34,394 nucleotides of DNA from an uncultured Candidatus Bathyarchaeia archaeon (GTDB taxonomy: Archaea > Thermoproteota > Bathyarchaeia > TCS64): assembly GCA_964650675.1 (NCBI GenBank), contig CAZYUK010000001.1, positions 1 to 34,394 on the forward strand, read 5' to 3'. Below are positions 33,551 through 34,394 of this stretch, one piece after another. The translations under genes were made by a program, and so were the position numbers. The notes below the pieces were generated by a model. It searched no databases, had not been told where the DNA came from, and saw only the letters and a program-made list of their open reading frames with translations. Numbering within the stretch: the first letter of the stretch is position 1; every line of letters begins with the position of its first letter.

Positions 33551-34394
33551 TCAAGCCAAGTCTTTCTGAGCCCTTATCAGAGCTAAGAGAGCGGTCCCCA
33601 TCAAGATCAAGCTGGAAAGCGCGATCCACCCGGAGTCGTATGAGGCAGTAGTATCTCTGACATAGCCGAGGAGCAACGGCAGAGTCAAAGCACCGACGGA
33701 CGCGAAAGTATTGTTAATGCCAGAAGTAGCGCCCGCTGACTCAACGCCGAAGAGTTTGGGTATTATCGTGAAAGCCGGGCTCCTCACGAAGTTGATCAGC
33801 CACCCGAGCATGAAGGAGGCGAAGTAGATTGGGGCCCCGGCTGGACCCAGCGTTATCAGCCACAAAATATTCATCGCCAGGAGGCCGAATGAAACGAGAA
33901 GCACGGTCTTCTCCCCGACCCTATCTGAAAGGACGCCACCGAGGGGATTCGAGACCATTCCGGCGAAGTTGAAAAGCGAAATCGCGACACCGGCCATGAC
34001 GAGGCCGAAGCCGTACTCCTCCTTCAACATAAGCGGCAGCCAGGCTATGAAAGTGTAATACGAGCCGAGCCTGATGAACTGTACGAATGAAAGCGCCCAG
34101 AAAGATGGGATCCTTAGAGGACTCCAGAAGCCGCTCCTGAAGGCTGGCACCGTCTTCTCCCTGTCACTCAAAGTGACAAACATCATCGCCGCCGCGATGA
34201 GACCTACGGCTCCTAAGACCATCATCGAGAGCCTCCAGCCTATGAATAGGCAGAGGAACGGGGTCGCCCACGTGGCCACGACCAAGCCGAGGCTTCCGCC
34301 CACATTGAGTAATCCAAGCGCCGTTCCCCTTTCGCCCTCCCTAAACCTGCTAGCTATGAGGCGGACGCCGGGGACGAATACGCCTGCGCCCAGG
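33551..34394 (-). CDS. MFS transporter, partial; N-terminus runs off the window end
   Basis: Multiple TM helices and the inter-helix motif NPLGGVLSDRVGEK (MFS motif-A-like). The frame remains open upstream of the M at 34303 through to 34394. Confidence 0.75.
   Translation of the reverse strand, partial: LGAGVFVPGVRLIASRFREGERGTALGLLNVGGSLGLVVATWATPFLCLFIGWRLSMMVLGAVGLIAAAMMFVTLSDREKTVPAFRSGFWSPLRIPSFWALSFVQFIRLGSYYTFIAWLPLMLKEEYGFGLVMAGVAISLFNFAGMVSNPLGGVLSDRVGEKTVLLVSFGLLAMNILWLITLGPAGAPIYFASFMLGWLINFVRSPAFTIIPKLFGVESAGATSGINNTFASVGALTLPLLLGYVRDTTASYDSGWIALSSLILMGTALLALIRAQKDLA

Overview
High-GC archaeal chromosomal window; the presence of eL13 hints at a TACK/Asgard-like lineage, but taxonomy is not determinable from here. 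About 40 genes are callable. Left to right: a NAD-salvage pair (pncB partial, pncA); rpl13-rps9-rpl13e; a Nudix hydrolase; a class I/II aminotransferase; pantoate kinase; thrC. Then comes a branched-chain amino-acid block with two paralogous acetolactate synthase operons (ilvB-ilvN-ilvC, then a second ilvB-ilvN). Next are tfb, a frameshifted MEDS-domain gene, an orphan GlmS-like glutaminase and an internally deleted RraA-like remnant. A lower-GC block of about 8.4 kb follows, holding two convergent P-type ATPases, a 67-aa membrane protein, a class-III aminotransferase and phosphonatase phnX. After it lie tRNA-Lys(CUU) and the rps13-rps4-rps11-rpoD-rpl18e operon. The right end holds a DUF4097 membrane protein, a stand-alone Lrp RAM-domain protein, rsmA/ksgA, a truncated GH3-like adenylating enzyme, a zinc-ribbon membrane protein with a 27-bp tandem repeat, and a partial MFS transporter. 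No CRISPR array, rRNA, integrase or transposase was seen. The most interesting signal is an ~80-nt module conserved in the long 5' leaders of both ilvB paralogs. It has two back-to-back mini-ORFs of identical length (14 and 7 codons), a C5/G5 hairpin, and sits at conserved spacing from a BRE/TATA-like box. It is a candidate undescribed archaeal cis-regulatory element. Secondary points: an archaeal phnX paired with a class-III rather than class-V aminotransferase, a canonical ribosomal/RNAP cluster split in a way one inversion would repair, and several decayed or truncated genes. All homology calls come from motif recognition by eye; no searches were run.
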